Origin: a virus
Lineage: Duplodnaviria > Caudoviricetes
Virus record (IMG/VR): IMGVR_UViG_3300048851_000185
Coordinates: 1 to 38,326 of that record
Length of the DNA stretch: 38,326 bases
Strand: one strand, 5' to 3'
A program made the translations under genes and the position numbers. Under the pieces are notes generated by a model. The model worked only from the letters and a program-made list of their open reading frames with translations, did no database searches and was not told where the DNA came from. Shown here piece by piece: positions 1 through 9,753 of this stretch; within the stretch, counting starts at the first letter, position 1, and each line of letters begins with the position of its first letter.

Positions 1-489
1 TCACAGCGTTACCACCCCGATGCCGATGCCCGTGGCGATCAGGACGCCAGAGACGAGAAAACTAGCCGTGCGGCGCTGCGCAGTGGCGGCTTGGACGAAG
101 GCCATGCCTGTGACCGACATGATCGAGGCGAGCGCGTCTGTCGTGATGTCGTAGCTTTTCCAGGCCTCGGGGTGTCTCGACACCAGCTGAACCGCGTCGC
201 CAGACGACCCGAAGAAATAGCCGAGCCCGATCAAGACAGAACCAGCGAACAGCAGCGAACCCGACCAGGGCGTCGTGATCGCCATATTCAGGTTGAGGTG
301 CAGGAGGTCGACCGCACGGACGAAGCGTATTCGACACGTCCGTTTGTCCGTCTCGCGACAGCACAAGAGGCGCCAGCCGGCGACAGTTACGGGCACTAGC
401 CAATTCCCCGCCGCCGCGGCGAACCGCAGGCCGAAGAGCATCATAGTCCAGATGGCTACGACGCTGACGATGTGACCGAGAGGGGTCAT
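1..489 (-). CDS. Hypothetical multi-pass membrane protein (position where lysis genes usually lie)
   Basis: 162 aa ORF with about 4 hydrophobic segments; AAGGA upstream; same strand as late operon. Confidence 0.6.
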   Translation of the reverse strand: MTPLGHIVSVVAIWTMMLFGLRFAAAAGNWLVPVTVAGWRLLCCRETDKRTCRIRFVRAVDLLHLNLNMAITTPWSGSLLFAGSVLIGLGYFFGSSGDAVQLVSRHPEAWKSYDITTDALASIMSVTGMAFVQAATAQRRTASFLVSGVLIATGIGIGVVTL

Positions 490-498
490 GCGTCATCC

Positions 499-833
499 TT
501 TCCCGAGCCCGCATGGGTCGCGATGCTGTTATTGGTCATCAGCGAATCCTGTTTTGGGACTGTTGTACGAAACGCAGACTGGCCGAATCGGTCCAATTGC
601 CGCACGTTCGCGCTGGCAACCCCGAGTAGTGCGTATCCCCGCCTCGCCGAGGCCTGTTAGCGGAGCTCACTCATGTTCATTCTCAGACGCCTCCGATGCA
701 TCCTGACCCAAGGCCACCGATTTACGCCGAGTTACATGAGACCGGGCATGGAGACGTGCCTCCGCTGCCGCGTGCGGCGGTAGCGACCCGGGTTTCCCGC
801 GACCGCATGAGTCGCGATGTTGCTGGTGTTCAT
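499..833 (-). repeat. Diverged 41-bp direct repeat (499-539 and 793-833), each beginning a short ORF
   Basis: ATGAACACCAGCAACATCGCGACTCATGCGGTCGCGGGAAA vs ATGACCAATAACAGCATCGCGACCCATGCGGGCTCGGGAAA, 33/41 identical. Confidence 0.7.
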
Positions 834-851
834 GGGGGTGCTCCCGTTGGA

Positions 852-1139
852 TCAGTCGTCAGCCGCGTCGGTGAAGCGATCTAGCGACTTCAGATGCGCG
901 TAACATTGCTCCCAAACATGAGCGGCTTCGGCCGCGCTGTCGGGGACAAACTCGAGCACCTCTTGTTCGAGGAAAGGCGTCGAGGGCTCGGTGTCAGTTC
1001 CCTTGAACGCCACTTCGGATAGGTAAATGTTGGCGGTGTAGGTGATGCTGGTCTTGCTGCCCTGGAATGCGTCGACCCGGATATAGGCGTCTGGGACCAT
1101 GAGGCCGTTGCGTAGCTTGACCGTCTTCGTGATCGCCAT
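852..1139 (-). CDS. Small tail-fibre-associated protein (possible fibre chaperone/assembly factor)
   Basis: 95 aa, AAGGAG RBS, directly downstream of tailspike; C-terminal W-EQ-Y-HLK pattern typical of such phage proteins. Confidence 0.7.
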   Translation of the reverse strand: MAITKTVKLRNGLMVPDAYIRVDAFQGSKTSITYTANIYLSEVAFKGTDTEPSTPFLEQEVLEFVPDSAAEAAHVWEQCYAHLKSLDRFTDAADD

Positions 1140-1151
1140 GGTTCGGCTCCT

Positions 1152-4100
1152 TTAAGTTGCTTGGGCGGAGATCTGCGCGAGGGTGGCGCCCGATCCATTT
1201 CCGCGAATAGCGGAGATCCGCAAACCGGCCGGAACGCCAGCCGAGTTTGGGAACGTGATCGTGGTCTCCATTCGGCCGTTGCCGTCGAGCGCGCTGGTGA
1301 CGGTCGGCACATCGCCGCGCACTCCGGACAGGACTGGTGCGACCTGCTGCGTTACAGTCCCCCAGCTGAGCAGGAAGTCCCCGCCGCGGGGCGTGTTGTT
1401 GTTCCGACCAGACCAGAGAACGCTAAGCGTGACTTGCGGCTGGGCTGTAGCTCCCGAGGTTTCGGTGCGGAACTTAAGCGTAGATCCGCTGCCATTGACA
1501 CTCAGGCCGTCGCCCGATGCATAGCTGGAAAGCGTTTGGTAGCCCGACAGCACTGGTTCGACACCGCCCGCGTAAATCGCCAGCCACATGCCGGGCGTTC
1601 CTCCTGCGATGCAGCGCCAATTCGTTGGGGTGGTGGGCGACGCTGAGATGTTCTCCACCTTGTCGCCAACCAGCCAAGCTCCAACAGTTGGCGGTGCCGT
1701 CCCTTCAATCGTTCGCGCTACGCGACGGGCTACGATCGAAGCGTTGAGGGAGAACGGGGTACCGGCAACCAGCGACAGCGTATCGACGTCCGCAATCTGC
1801 GTGGTGCCGGTAGTGTCGTTGATCAAAGCGCCATGCGAGAAGTTGCCTGCCAGCCGTCCACCGCGCACCGCTACCCCGTAGAACGGGATCGGGCTTGTAT
1901 TGGCACCGATCGCTATCAGCGTGCCGGAAGCACGCGCGCCGTCCATCAAGGCGACATTGTCGACGTAGGTATAGGCCGGGTCGTTCCGGCTCGTTGGGAC
2001 CGCCGTCACACGATAGACGACGGCGTCGCTAGCTTGATAGTGCGCGGTGTCAAACGGCGCTGTTCGCCGCCACGCATTTCGCCGAATTTCAACGCGTGCG
2101 CCGTCGATATTCAAAGTGTTGACGGTGCTGTTGTAGGTGCGCGCCAAGTAACGGTTGTCCTCTACGGACACCGTAGAACCACGCCCGAAACCAACTCCAG
2201 GCGCGGTGATGGTGACCCCAGTGACGGCCCCAGCGTCGACGACGACTGTGCCAACGAATCCAGAACCACCATTGTTGGTGATCGTGATCGCGGCTGCGGT
2301 ATAGTTCGAGCCGCCGGCAACGATCGCCAACGCTTCAATGCCCATCGACGCGTCTAGGGTAGCACCCGACCCGGCACCCCCGGTGAGGATCAGCTCCGGC
2401 GCGCTGGTATAGCCCGTGCCAGCCGCCGTCATCGTGATGCTGTCGATCTGCCCTGCCGCATTCGTCGTACAGACAAAGGCTGCACCGGTGCCGCCACCTC
2501 CGCCGGATAGGGTGATAGCCGGTGCGCTGGTGTACCCGGATCCGGCGCTGACGATCCGTCCCGCTACGGCCTTCAGCGTCGCAGTGGCGACCGCCCCAGT
2601 ACCGTTGCCGGAGATCGTAATGGATGGCGCGGCACGTGATGCCAGAAAGCGGATAACGGTCCGCACCCATTCGATGTCGTAGAACCTGTTGCCGCTGATA
2701 TGCAGGTTGCGCGCGACGGGCGCGTTGTTGCCACCTGAGATATAATCGCCTGTCGTTGGCGCGGCCAACCCTGTGCCGGTGCAACGATTATTAGTAATAG
2801 AGCAATCGAAAACGTCATAAGACAGATCGTTGCCAGCACCGCTAAATGCCGCGAAGCATGGGCAGTTGATCGCGATATTGCTGTCGATAACGCAGGACCG
2901 CATCTTGCCGCATTCGATGGCATAGAAAGTCTGATTGAGGATCCGGTTGCGCGAATAGAGAATGCCGCGCCCGCCGGCGCCCGCGGAAAGACCGCGCGTG
3001 CCACCGTCGATATAATTGTCGGTGCACTCACCGCCGTCCCAGCCCCAGATCTCCAGCGGGATCAGGTCCACCACGCCAGACGCGGGCTTATAAGGGTTCG
3101 TCATGATATTGCTGCGGACGTAGATCTCCTTGGTGAAACCGAACTCACTGTCACCGCTGGTATTGCCGTGGTGAATGCAGATGCCTACGCTACCGAGCCG
3201 GTCCATGATGTTGTATTCAAAATAGAGCCCGCTTGATCCGCGTGCGGCTTCACCGGTCGGCAATATCTGAATGCCGCCCCTCGGCATATTCGAGAACCGG
3301 CAATGCTCAACTCGGAAGTTGCGCTGTGGTGCCGACCAGTGAGCCAGAATAGACGGTTGAATGCCGCCGTTCACGAAGCCGACACGCCGAAAGGTAGTGT
3401 CAGTTCCGCCGCTCCCGCCAAGATATACGTGTGGGCTGTTGTCTGCGAAACCTTTGCCGTCGATCGTGAAGTCTTCGAACAGGATTCCCGCGGCGTTACC
3501 CGCAAAGGAGAGTGGCGCGGCGGTGCTGCGGCCTGCCGCCGTCGACTTGGTGAAACCAGACACTAGCTGGCCGGCACCCGCGATACGCACCTTGGAGGGG
3601 ATGGAAAGCCCGGCAACCGCGTGCCAGCCGCTCAGGAGCAAAGTTCCACCAAACACCGTAGCGGCGAGGTAATTAATCGCTGCCTGGATGAGCGTCGTCT
3701 GATCGACGATCGCTGAATCCACAGTAGTTGCGCTCGCGGCACCGAACATTTCGGGCCTCACCACGACGTCCGTCAGCTCAAACCATGCCCCTGCCGCATC
3801 TTGAACCCGTCCGGGATGCGCTGGCTGGCTGGTTACCCGCCGGTACCGTGCGTCTCCACGGTCTCCCGGGGCAGACCGACCAGAAGTTCGAAACGTCTTG
3901 AATGCGGCCGGAACCGTCATCGCAACGACCTCGGCATAAGTGCCGAGCTGATCTACCGGCTCTGACGGATCACCCTTGAGGGCACGGCCAACGCCCCAGC
4001 CGTCCGCCGTCTTGGGGCCGTAAAGGAAGCGGTTCAGCGTGTCCGTGTAGGTGTTACCCACCAGACCCAGCCCAGCGGCAGGGGGAGTAAGACCTGACAG

Positions 4101-4907
4101 GTTGCGTGCCGCGTTGGCGGCGCTCGCCGCAGCAAGCGCCGTGGCGCTGGAGTTGTTCGCCAGGTCGGCCTTGGTCTGAGCGAGCTCCGCCTTGGTGTCA
4201 GCATTCGCACCCGACGCATTCGTGGCCGTAATGGCGTCGTCGATCTCGGCAGATCGGTCGCTGGTAAACTCGGCTAGCTCGGTGATCGCAGCGTCAACCT
4301 GGACAACCTTCAACGCGACATGGTCATCGACCTCAGCGAACTTGTCGCTGGTCGCTTCGCCCAGTTCTGTGATTGCATCCCCCACCTGAGCGGACGCGTC
4401 GGCAACTGCTTCCAACAGCGGAGCGCGTAGACCTGCATCGTATTCTTCGAACGAGACTCCAGCTGCATCCCATGGCGATAGACCGGGGGTGCCGATGCTC
4501 GAGATGACGAGCGTCTGTGTAGCGGGAGCCCAGGTTAGAAGGTCGGACGGGGGTGCGCCGGCGCCTGCTCCTTGGTCGGACGCCGCGTCGACCGTGATGA
4601 CCGATCCCCGGAACAAGGGGGTCGCGCCGCCCTTGAACAGCTGGGCGACTTGCCAGGCCGCCCCGTCGAGTTCGGGCATGAGACTGACGGACCCGGGGAA
4701 AACCACCGTTGCGGTGTCGGCATCGATGACGAAAGGGGCGTCAAAGACGACCTCGCCGCCGGAGCGGAACGCGGCGAACCGCAGGCTGCGTCCGGTGAGG
4801 TCGATAAGCCCGCCAGCGCCGTCCTCGAACTGTACACGAATCTGGTACGGCGAGCCGATAGGCCAGCGCAGCCTGTTGTCTCTGGGATCGATGCCGAGGA
4901 TCGTCAT
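1152..4907 (-). CDS. Tailspike/receptor-binding protein with right-handed beta-helix (pectate-lyase-like depolymerase)
   Basis: 1251 aa; N-terminal DLTG anchor, helical stalk, VRPEMFGA...DQTTLIQAAIN motif preceding beta-helix, Asn/Gly-rich I-x-x-N rungs. Confidence 0.85.
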   Translation of the reverse strand: MTILGIDPRDNRLRWPIGSPYQIRVQFEDGAGGLIDLTGRSLRFAAFRSGGEVVFDAPFVIDADTATVVFPGSVSLMPELDGAAWQVAQLFKGGATPLFRGSVITVDAASDQGAGAGAPPSDLLTWAPATQTLVISSIGTPGLSPWDAAGVSFEEYDAGLRAPLLEAVADASAQVGDAITELGEATSDKFAEVDDHVALKVVQVDAAITELAEFTSDRSAEIDDAITATNASGANADTKAELAQTKADLANNSSATALAAASAANAARNLSGLTPPAAGLGLVGNTYTDTLNRFLYGPKTADGWGVGRALKGDPSEPVDQLGTYAEVVAMTVPAAFKTFRTSGRSAPGDRGDARYRRVTSQPAHPGRVQDAAGAWFELTDVVVRPEMFGAASATTVDSAIVDQTTLIQAAINYLAATVFGGTLLLSGWHAVAGLSIPSKVRIAGAGQLVSGFTKSTAAGRSTAAPLSFAGNAAGILFEDFTIDGKGFADNSPHVYLGGSGGTDTTFRRVGFVNGGIQPSILAHWSAPQRNFRVEHCRFSNMPRGGIQILPTGEAARGSSGLYFEYNIMDRLGSVGICIHHGNTSGDSEFGFTKEIYVRSNIMTNPYKPASGVVDLIPLEIWGWDGGECTDNYIDGGTRGLSAGAGGRGILYSRNRILNQTFYAIECGKMRSCVIDSNIAINCPCFAAFSGAGNDLSYDVFDCSITNNRCTGTGLAAPTTGDYISGGNNAPVARNLHISGNRFYDIEWVRTVIRFLASRAAPSITISGNGTGAVATATLKAVAGRIVSAGSGYTSAPAITLSGGGGGTGAAFVCTTNAAGQIDSITMTAAGTGYTSAPELILTGGAGSGATLDASMGIEALAIVAGGSNYTAAAITITNNGGSGFVGTVVVDAGAVTGVTITAPGVGFGRGSTVSVEDNRYLARTYNSTVNTLNIDGARVEIRRNAWRRTAPFDTAHYQASDAVVYRVTAVPTSRNDPAYTYVDNVALMDGARASGTLIAIGANTSPIPFYGVAVRGGRLAGNFSHGALINDTTGTTQIADVDTLSLVAGTPFSLNASIVARRVARTIEGTAPPTVGAWLVGDKVENISASPTTPTNWRCIAGGTPGMWLAIYAGGVEPVLSGYQTLSSYASGDGLSVNGSGSTLKFRTETSGATAQPQVTLSVLWSGRNNNTPRGGDFLLSWGTVTQQVAPVLSGVRGDVPTVTSALDGNGRMETTITFPNSAGVPAGLRISAIRGNGSGATLAQISAQAT

Positions 4908-5146
4908 GCGCGCGTCTCCGCTGGATTATCTCGCAGCCACGCAAGGCCCGCGTCGGTCGGGCTCACCCAGGCATTGGCATAGGTGGGCGGTGTGCCGACA
5001 TTCGCCGGCGCAAAGCCAAAGGTGACGAGCCCTGCGCCGAGCAGCGCGCCGATGTTCGCGGAGCCCAATGCGCCCGGCACGCCCGCGATATCGGGCCCCG
5101 CGATCTTACGGAGCATGGCGACGTCTTTCTGTGACAAGTCGGTCAT
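4904..5146 (-). CDS. Hypothetical protein between the two receptor-binding genes
   Basis: 80 aa, AGGAG RBS, ATGA overlap with next gene. Confidence 0.65.
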   Translation of the reverse strand: MTDLSQKDVAMLRKIAGPDIAGVPGALGSANIGALLGAGLVTFGFAPANVGTPPTYANAWVSPTDAGLAWLRDNPAETRA

Positions 5147-5158
5147 CGGTGCGGGCTC

Positions 5159-6955
5159 CTATGAATAGATGCGGTCAGCGGGGATCGTGCCGTTCACGAC
5201 GTCGCGGGCGAGCGCGCGGAAGGGTGCGGCGAGCATCTCGAACCACGCCGCAGAGTGGTAATCGTCACCGGGTGGCTGCGCGTAGAGCGTGTCGTAATCG
5301 GCGTTCGTCAGCACCTGCCGGCCAAAGATGGCATCGCTGTCCACGGTCACGACCGCATTGCGCAGGGCCACTCGACGGTTAGCCTTCGCAAGCTCCCAAT
5401 GCCGCCATGACACATCGACCAGGGCCCCCGTGCCGGAATAGTCGCGCTGTACGATCGCCTTTGATAGCGGGGGCCATACCTGCGTTTCGTTGTCGAAGTT
5501 GCCCTGCCGGATGCTGGTCACTCCGTCGTTCTTGTCCGCGAGGATTGTGCCGTCCACACGGACCCACGAGCCGTCGGCGCCGATCTCCTTCACCTGGTGC
5601 ATGTCGCCCGTGCTGCCGGTGTTGGGATTGAACTCCAGCAGATACTGGTCAACGCCGAACAGGCCGTTGCCGTACTGGTTGAACAGGTCGAAGGGGACGA
5701 GCCCGCCTTGCGCATCCACCGCGTACGTCGTGATACGCTGGTCATCCTCGGTCAAAACAACGCGGACATAAAACGCGATTAGGCTCGTCTGCGGCCATGT
5801 CATCAGCACTTCCGGCGTGACGGATAGACGCCCGTTAGCCTTGGCGCGATCAGGGTGCGGTTGGTGACCGGTGAGGTTTATGGCGCACGCCGTCGACCCT
5901 ACGTCTGACTCTTCACCAAGGCTTTGTATTTTGGTGAACAATAATTGAAGCGCCAGTTCGTAGCCACCGTAAGCGTTATTCGGTCCGACGAAGCCTTCGT
6001 ACCCCATGAAAATATTGCCGGTACCGTCGTTCATCGGATCACCGACAAGCACGATGTCAGGCCTGCGCGAGAAGCCGGCGATTTGGCCTTCGTACTGGCT
6101 CGTCCACGAACCCGGCACGGCATAGTTGTCGTGCACCACCGTCCAGTCGGGCAGCAGCTCGGCGAAGATAGCCCTCAGCTGCTCGCCGGGGATCATTGAC
6201 GGATCCGGGGCACCTTGACCGGCCGGGTGACTGTTGCCGATCGAGGCGATGATGAGCGTTGGCGAGACAACCGTGCGGACGCCGTTCGCGTAGGTCACCT
6301 TTCCGAAGGCGCCGCGTAGGATCTTCTGTGTCAGGCCTACCCACGGATCGCGGGTGGTGGTGATGTCAGCGCGTAGGGCTGGGATCTGTACTGCAATCGC
6401 ATCGGTCGCGGATTGAATAATGGGCATGAGCAGATCGGCGTCATCCAGCGACACTTTGATGATCTGATCACCGAACGTCAGCGAGCCGGTATCGCCTACG
6501 TTTGCCCGCTGCGAACCGCCGTAACCAACGGGCCGGTTTGTCGGCGCGTTGTCCGATCCGAACGCCGACGCCACCACGATGAAATCGCCGTAGATGCGGG
6601 TCCGAGCATCGCCGTTCAACGTCCACTGCATCGCATACGCGAGGCACGAGTTGTCGCCGATCTCGCCCGCATACGGGACCTTGCCGGCGTCCGTCATGGT
6701 CGAGGCGTTGATGCGCCCTTTGATGATGCTGGTCGGCACGCCCAGAGTTGTGGTGACGCTATCGAGCTTCAGCCCTTCGGCTGCGGAGGTCGTGACGGTT
6801 GCCAATGCGATCAGCGGCGCTCCTGGCGTGTCAGGACGCAAGCGGACCTGCATCGCCATGTTCACGCCAGTGAGGTCGATCCCCGTCACAGCGATCGTAA
6901 AGCGTGCGACTTCGTTGCGCCTGGCCGCGAGGGTCAAGCGTGCTGCTGTTGCCAT
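5159..6955 (-). CDS. Second tail receptor-binding protein with SGNH/GDSL esterase-like domain
   Basis: Start MATAARL at 6955 after GGAG; N-terminal IDLTG anchor; SGNH-like blocks IGNSH, NYAVPG, PDIVLVGDPMND, DDYH. Confidence 0.75.
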   Translation of the reverse strand: MATAARLTLAARRNEVARFTIAVTGIDLTGVNMAMQVRLRPDTPGAPLIALATVTTSAAEGLKLDSVTTTLGVPTSIIKGRINASTMTDAGKVPYAGEIGDNSCLAYAMQWTLNGDARTRIYGDFIVVASAFGSDNAPTNRPVGYGGSQRANVGDTGSLTFGDQIIKVSLDDADLLMPIIQSATDAIAVQIPALRADITTTRDPWVGLTQKILRGAFGKVTYANGVRTVVSPTLIIASIGNSHPAGQGAPDPSMIPGEQLRAIFAELLPDWTVVHDNYAVPGSWTSQYEGQIAGFSRRPDIVLVGDPMNDGTGNIFMGYEGFVGPNNAYGGYELALQLLFTKIQSLGEESDVGSTACAINLTGHQPHPDRAKANGRLSVTPEVLMTWPQTSLIAFYVRVVLTEDDQRITTYAVDAQGGLVPFDLFNQYGNGLFGVDQYLLEFNPNTGSTGDMHQVKEIGADGSWVRVDGTILADKNDGVTSIRQGNFDNETQVWPPLSKAIVQRDYSGTGALVDVSWRHWELAKANRRVALRNAVVTVDSDAIFGRQVLTNADYDTLYAQPPGDDYHSAAWFEMLAAPFRALARDVVNGTIPADRIYS

Positions 6956-6968
6956 CGAATATCTCCGG

Positions 6969-8720
6969 TTATTGCTGTTCGAGGGCCAGAATTCGTCCGA
7001 CAAGCGCGTCGATATCGTCTTTGCCGTAGGTGCCGCCGAGCATGGAGGCGTCTTCCGCCGACGTGGCGAGATCGGCCGTCGCGGCGTTCTCGGCTGTGCC
7101 CGCCGTGCTGGCATACTCAACGCCGCCAGGTACCTCGAACTCCCACGCGTTCCCCGGCAGACCGGGCGACGTGGGCGGGACTGCGGTCTGCGCCAGCGCG
7201 AAGGGGTGCTTTGCCGCGGTCTCCGAGCGAGCCGTAATGGTCACAATGCCGCTGCCGGCGTCGAGTGATCGTGTCAGGATCATCACCGGCTGCCCCAGCA
7301 AGCCCGCTTCGGGCAAGTCCAGCGTCACGACGTCGCCTGGCTTGTATCCCATCCAGCGGATCTTGAGGGGGAGGGTGATCGGGCCGAACTCGCGGGCGTT
7401 CTCGATGTCGTAGCGCGCGAGGGTGCCAACCTGATGCGGCTCTTCGCCGACAAAGCATTGGACGAGCGGGTAGCTGGCCTCCTTGCGCACCTGGCGACCA
7501 TCGGCCGCGACGTAATCAGCGACGATGATCGGCTCGGCCGCAACCTCAGCCCACGTGGTCGTGGTCCTGCTCGTGGCGGAATCTGTGCTCTGCTCTTCCG
7601 ACCAGTAGCGCGGGACGAGGGCGTTGATCCGGTCACGTCGCGCCTGCATCGCCACGACCGTTATGTCGCCCTGAGCCAAGGAATCTCGGTCGACCGTCGC
7701 CAGACTGACCCGCGGCGCGGAGACGATGCAGCCGAGCATCGCGCCGAGACGTAGCGGTTCGCCCGCGCCCGCCTGCAAGATGTCCTTCAGCACGTCCCAT
7801 TTGTCGTCGGTCGTTGATTTCACCCCGCCAACGCGCCATCCGTTGATCTGAGCTATATTGGCGCCTTCCGCCCACTGCTCGAGGATGAGCCCCGAGGCAG
7901 GCAGCCCAACGCCGGCGACAAGCTTGCCGTTCTGCCGCCAGCCGAGACACCATGTGACGCCGACGACGTAAGGATTATCGCTCCACGCCCAGGTGCCCTG
8001 GTCGTTTGCTCGCTGCGGGCCCGATCCGCCGGGGTAGGTGCTATCCTTGCGCATATCGTAACAAAGGACGCCTTTTCCGCGCCATCCGCAGGTCGGCATG
8101 GACGTGAAGGTGTTCTTGCCGTCGGCGTCGTATTCGAAGGTCGCGATCGTCGCCGCCTTGCCGGATAGCTTGTGCTGCGATGTCCACCCGAACGGCATGC
8201 CGGTGCTGAGCGTCAGCGCGGCCGGTTCCGGACACTGCCCAAGCTGCCGGGCCTCGTGCATGTATGCCCGCGCGCCGATCGTGACAGCATCGCCGGACTT
8301 CGATCGCGCGATCTGGTCGACGTAGAGCGTGTCGATCGATTGGACTGGGCCTACCGACCACTCGGTGACGATCGACTGAAACTTGTTCTTCGACCCGTGC
8401 GCCTGGCGATAGATGATATGGCCGCCGCTATAGGCCTCGCCGAGCACGATATCGATGCCTGCGTTCGGGTCGGCCTTCCACTGGTCGGGCGAGCCTCCGC
8501 CGCTCGCCTTTGGCGCAGTGAGAGAGCTCGTCGCCATAAGCGCAGCAGCGGCGAATCCCGCGACCTTTGCAACGGTTGCCGCTGTCGTGACGAACGCGGC
8601 TGTGGCGCTGGTAGCGGCGTACTGGCCGAGCAGGCCGATCGACGCCGCCGCGCCGACGCCGGTCGCGATCAGAGCGACGCCGCCGACGACCATGGCTGCT
8701 GTAGCGAGATACTTCGACAT
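6969..8720 (-). CDS. Tail tip / host-specificity (gpJ-like) protein
   Basis: Start MSKYL at 8720 (TGATG overlap); YDxRxDSTYPGGSG and WSDNP motifs, PGDVVTL C-terminal motif; position after tail-tip genes. Confidence 0.8.
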   Translation of the reverse strand: MSKYLATAAMVVGGVALIATGVGAAASIGLLGQYAATSATAAFVTTAATVAKVAGFAAAALMATSSLTAPKASGGGSPDQWKADPNAGIDIVLGEAYSGGHIIYRQAHGSKNKFQSIVTEWSVGPVQSIDTLYVDQIARSKSGDAVTIGARAYMHEARQLGQCPEPAALTLSTGMPFGWTSQHKLSGKAATIATFEYDADGKNTFTSMPTCGWRGKGVLCYDMRKDSTYPGGSGPQRANDQGTWAWSDNPYVVGVTWCLGWRQNGKLVAGVGLPASGLILEQWAEGANIAQINGWRVGGVKSTTDDKWDVLKDILQAGAGEPLRLGAMLGCIVSAPRVSLATVDRDSLAQGDITVVAMQARRDRINALVPRYWSEEQSTDSATSRTTTTWAEVAAEPIIVADYVAADGRQVRKEASYPLVQCFVGEEPHQVGTLARYDIENAREFGPITLPLKIRWMGYKPGDVVTLDLPEAGLLGQPVMILTRSLDAGSGIVTITARSETAAKHPFALAQTAVPPTSPGLPGNAWEFEVPGGVEYASTAGTAENAATADLATSAEDASMLGGTYGKDDIDALVGRILALEQQ

Positions 8721-9151
8721 CAGGCCCTGACCTCGACCCGCCACGCGATCGCGAGATTGATCTCCTGGAGTACCGCGGCACCGGTTACATGCTCGTGATA
8801 GCCGAGCAGCCGGCCGTTGCTGAGCTTGACGCCCAGCGCGCCGAACGGATCTCCGGATTCGCCGCAGACGATATCGCCGGCAACCGCTTCCGCCGGCGCG
8901 ATACGCTCCAGCCCGACGGCGTCGATCGCGTCCATCATGCTCTCGAACCCGCGGGCGCGTAGAGCCTTCAGCGCGGACTTCGGCGTTCCATAGCTCCCTT
9001 TCGACGGGACCCGCACCTTGTACCCGAGCCGGCGAAGATGCGCGGCGATCATGCGTGCGCAGTCGTTATGCCCCCACTGGAACGGCTTACCGAGAAACTC
9101 GTCGAGCGTCGCCTGCGCTGCCGTCACGCGCCGAACCATGATATCGCTCAT
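8720..9151 (-). CDS. NlpC/P60-like tail-tip protein (DUF6950-like)
   Basis: PFQWGHNDC motif, GDIV motif; position equivalent to lambda gpK. Confidence 0.75.
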   Translation of the reverse strand: MSDIMVRRVTAAQATLDEFLGKPFQWGHNDCARMIAAHLRRLGYKVRVPSKGSYGTPKSALKALRARGFESMMDAIDAVGLERIAPAEAVAGDIVCGESGDPFGALGVKLSNGRLLGYHEHVTGAAVLQEINLAIAWRVEVRA

Positions 9152-9753
9152 CGCCTGATCCCATCCGGGCTGGAGGTACCCCAGTAGATCTGCTGCGCGA
9201 CGTACGTGACGAAGGCGCAGCCCAATTCACCGGGCCAGAGATATTGGTGGAAGGTGTCGGTTAGGCGGGCGCCCTCGTCCGAGAGGAAGAAGTCTTCGAA
9301 GATTGAGCTCACTTCGTAATCGACAGTCCGGCCGTTGGTTTTGACGTTCAAGGTCGCGACGTCCAGCAGCCCGTTGAATAGTAGCAGCGGGTCGCCGAGC
9401 ACTTGGCCGGTCATCACGTCGATCGCCCCGAGCCAGAGCCTGACCGATGATCCCTGCATAGTTACCGACGCCAGCTGCGCCGCTGCTGCATCGCTCGCCG
9501 GAACGAACGTCAGGGACAGAGCCGGCGCCTCGTCACCCATGCCGTCGGTCAACGTATCGATTGCCGAGAAGACGCCGATAACGTCGTCGCGCCCTGTGAA
9601 TGTGTCGATCTCGCCGTCGACCGCGAACTTCACGACACCGGACCCGACCAGCAGGCGAACCGTGCGGCCTGGCAGGTCCATGCGGATGGCGCCGAATATG
9701 GTCGCACGATTCTGCTGCAGGGCCGCGTCGAGCGCGGGGGATAGCTGCGACAT
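9148..9753 (-). CDS. Minor tail / baseplate-hub-like protein
   Basis: Start MSQLS at 9753 (TGATG overlap); C-terminal HQxxWPGELG...IYWG motif typical of tail hub proteins. Confidence 0.7.
   Translation of the reverse strand: MSQLSPALDAALQQNRATIFGAIRMDLPGRTVRLLVGSGVVKFAVDGEIDTFTGRDDVIGVFSAIDTLTDGMGDEAPALSLTFVPASDAAAAQLASVTMQGSSVRLWLGAIDVMTGQVLGDPLLLFNGLLDVATLNVKTNGRTVDYEVSSIFEDFFLSDEGARLTDTFHQYLWPGELGCAFVTYVAQQIYWGTSSPDGIRR

Noticed and set aside
776-783. ops-like GGCGGTAG on + strand
   Set aside because: Opposite strand to late transcription; likely chance
792-798. Second GGGAAAC slippery heptamer in the 33-aa ORF
   Set aside because: The -1 frame gives only a short featureless peptide
6956-7120. 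Upstream extension of the SGNH ORF, and similar extensions of the 8744, 9813, 17335, 20847, 26657, 27457, 28938, 31207 and 37094 starts
   Set aside because: They overlap neighbouring genes; downstream ATGs have an RBS, stop-start coupling or a candidate promoter
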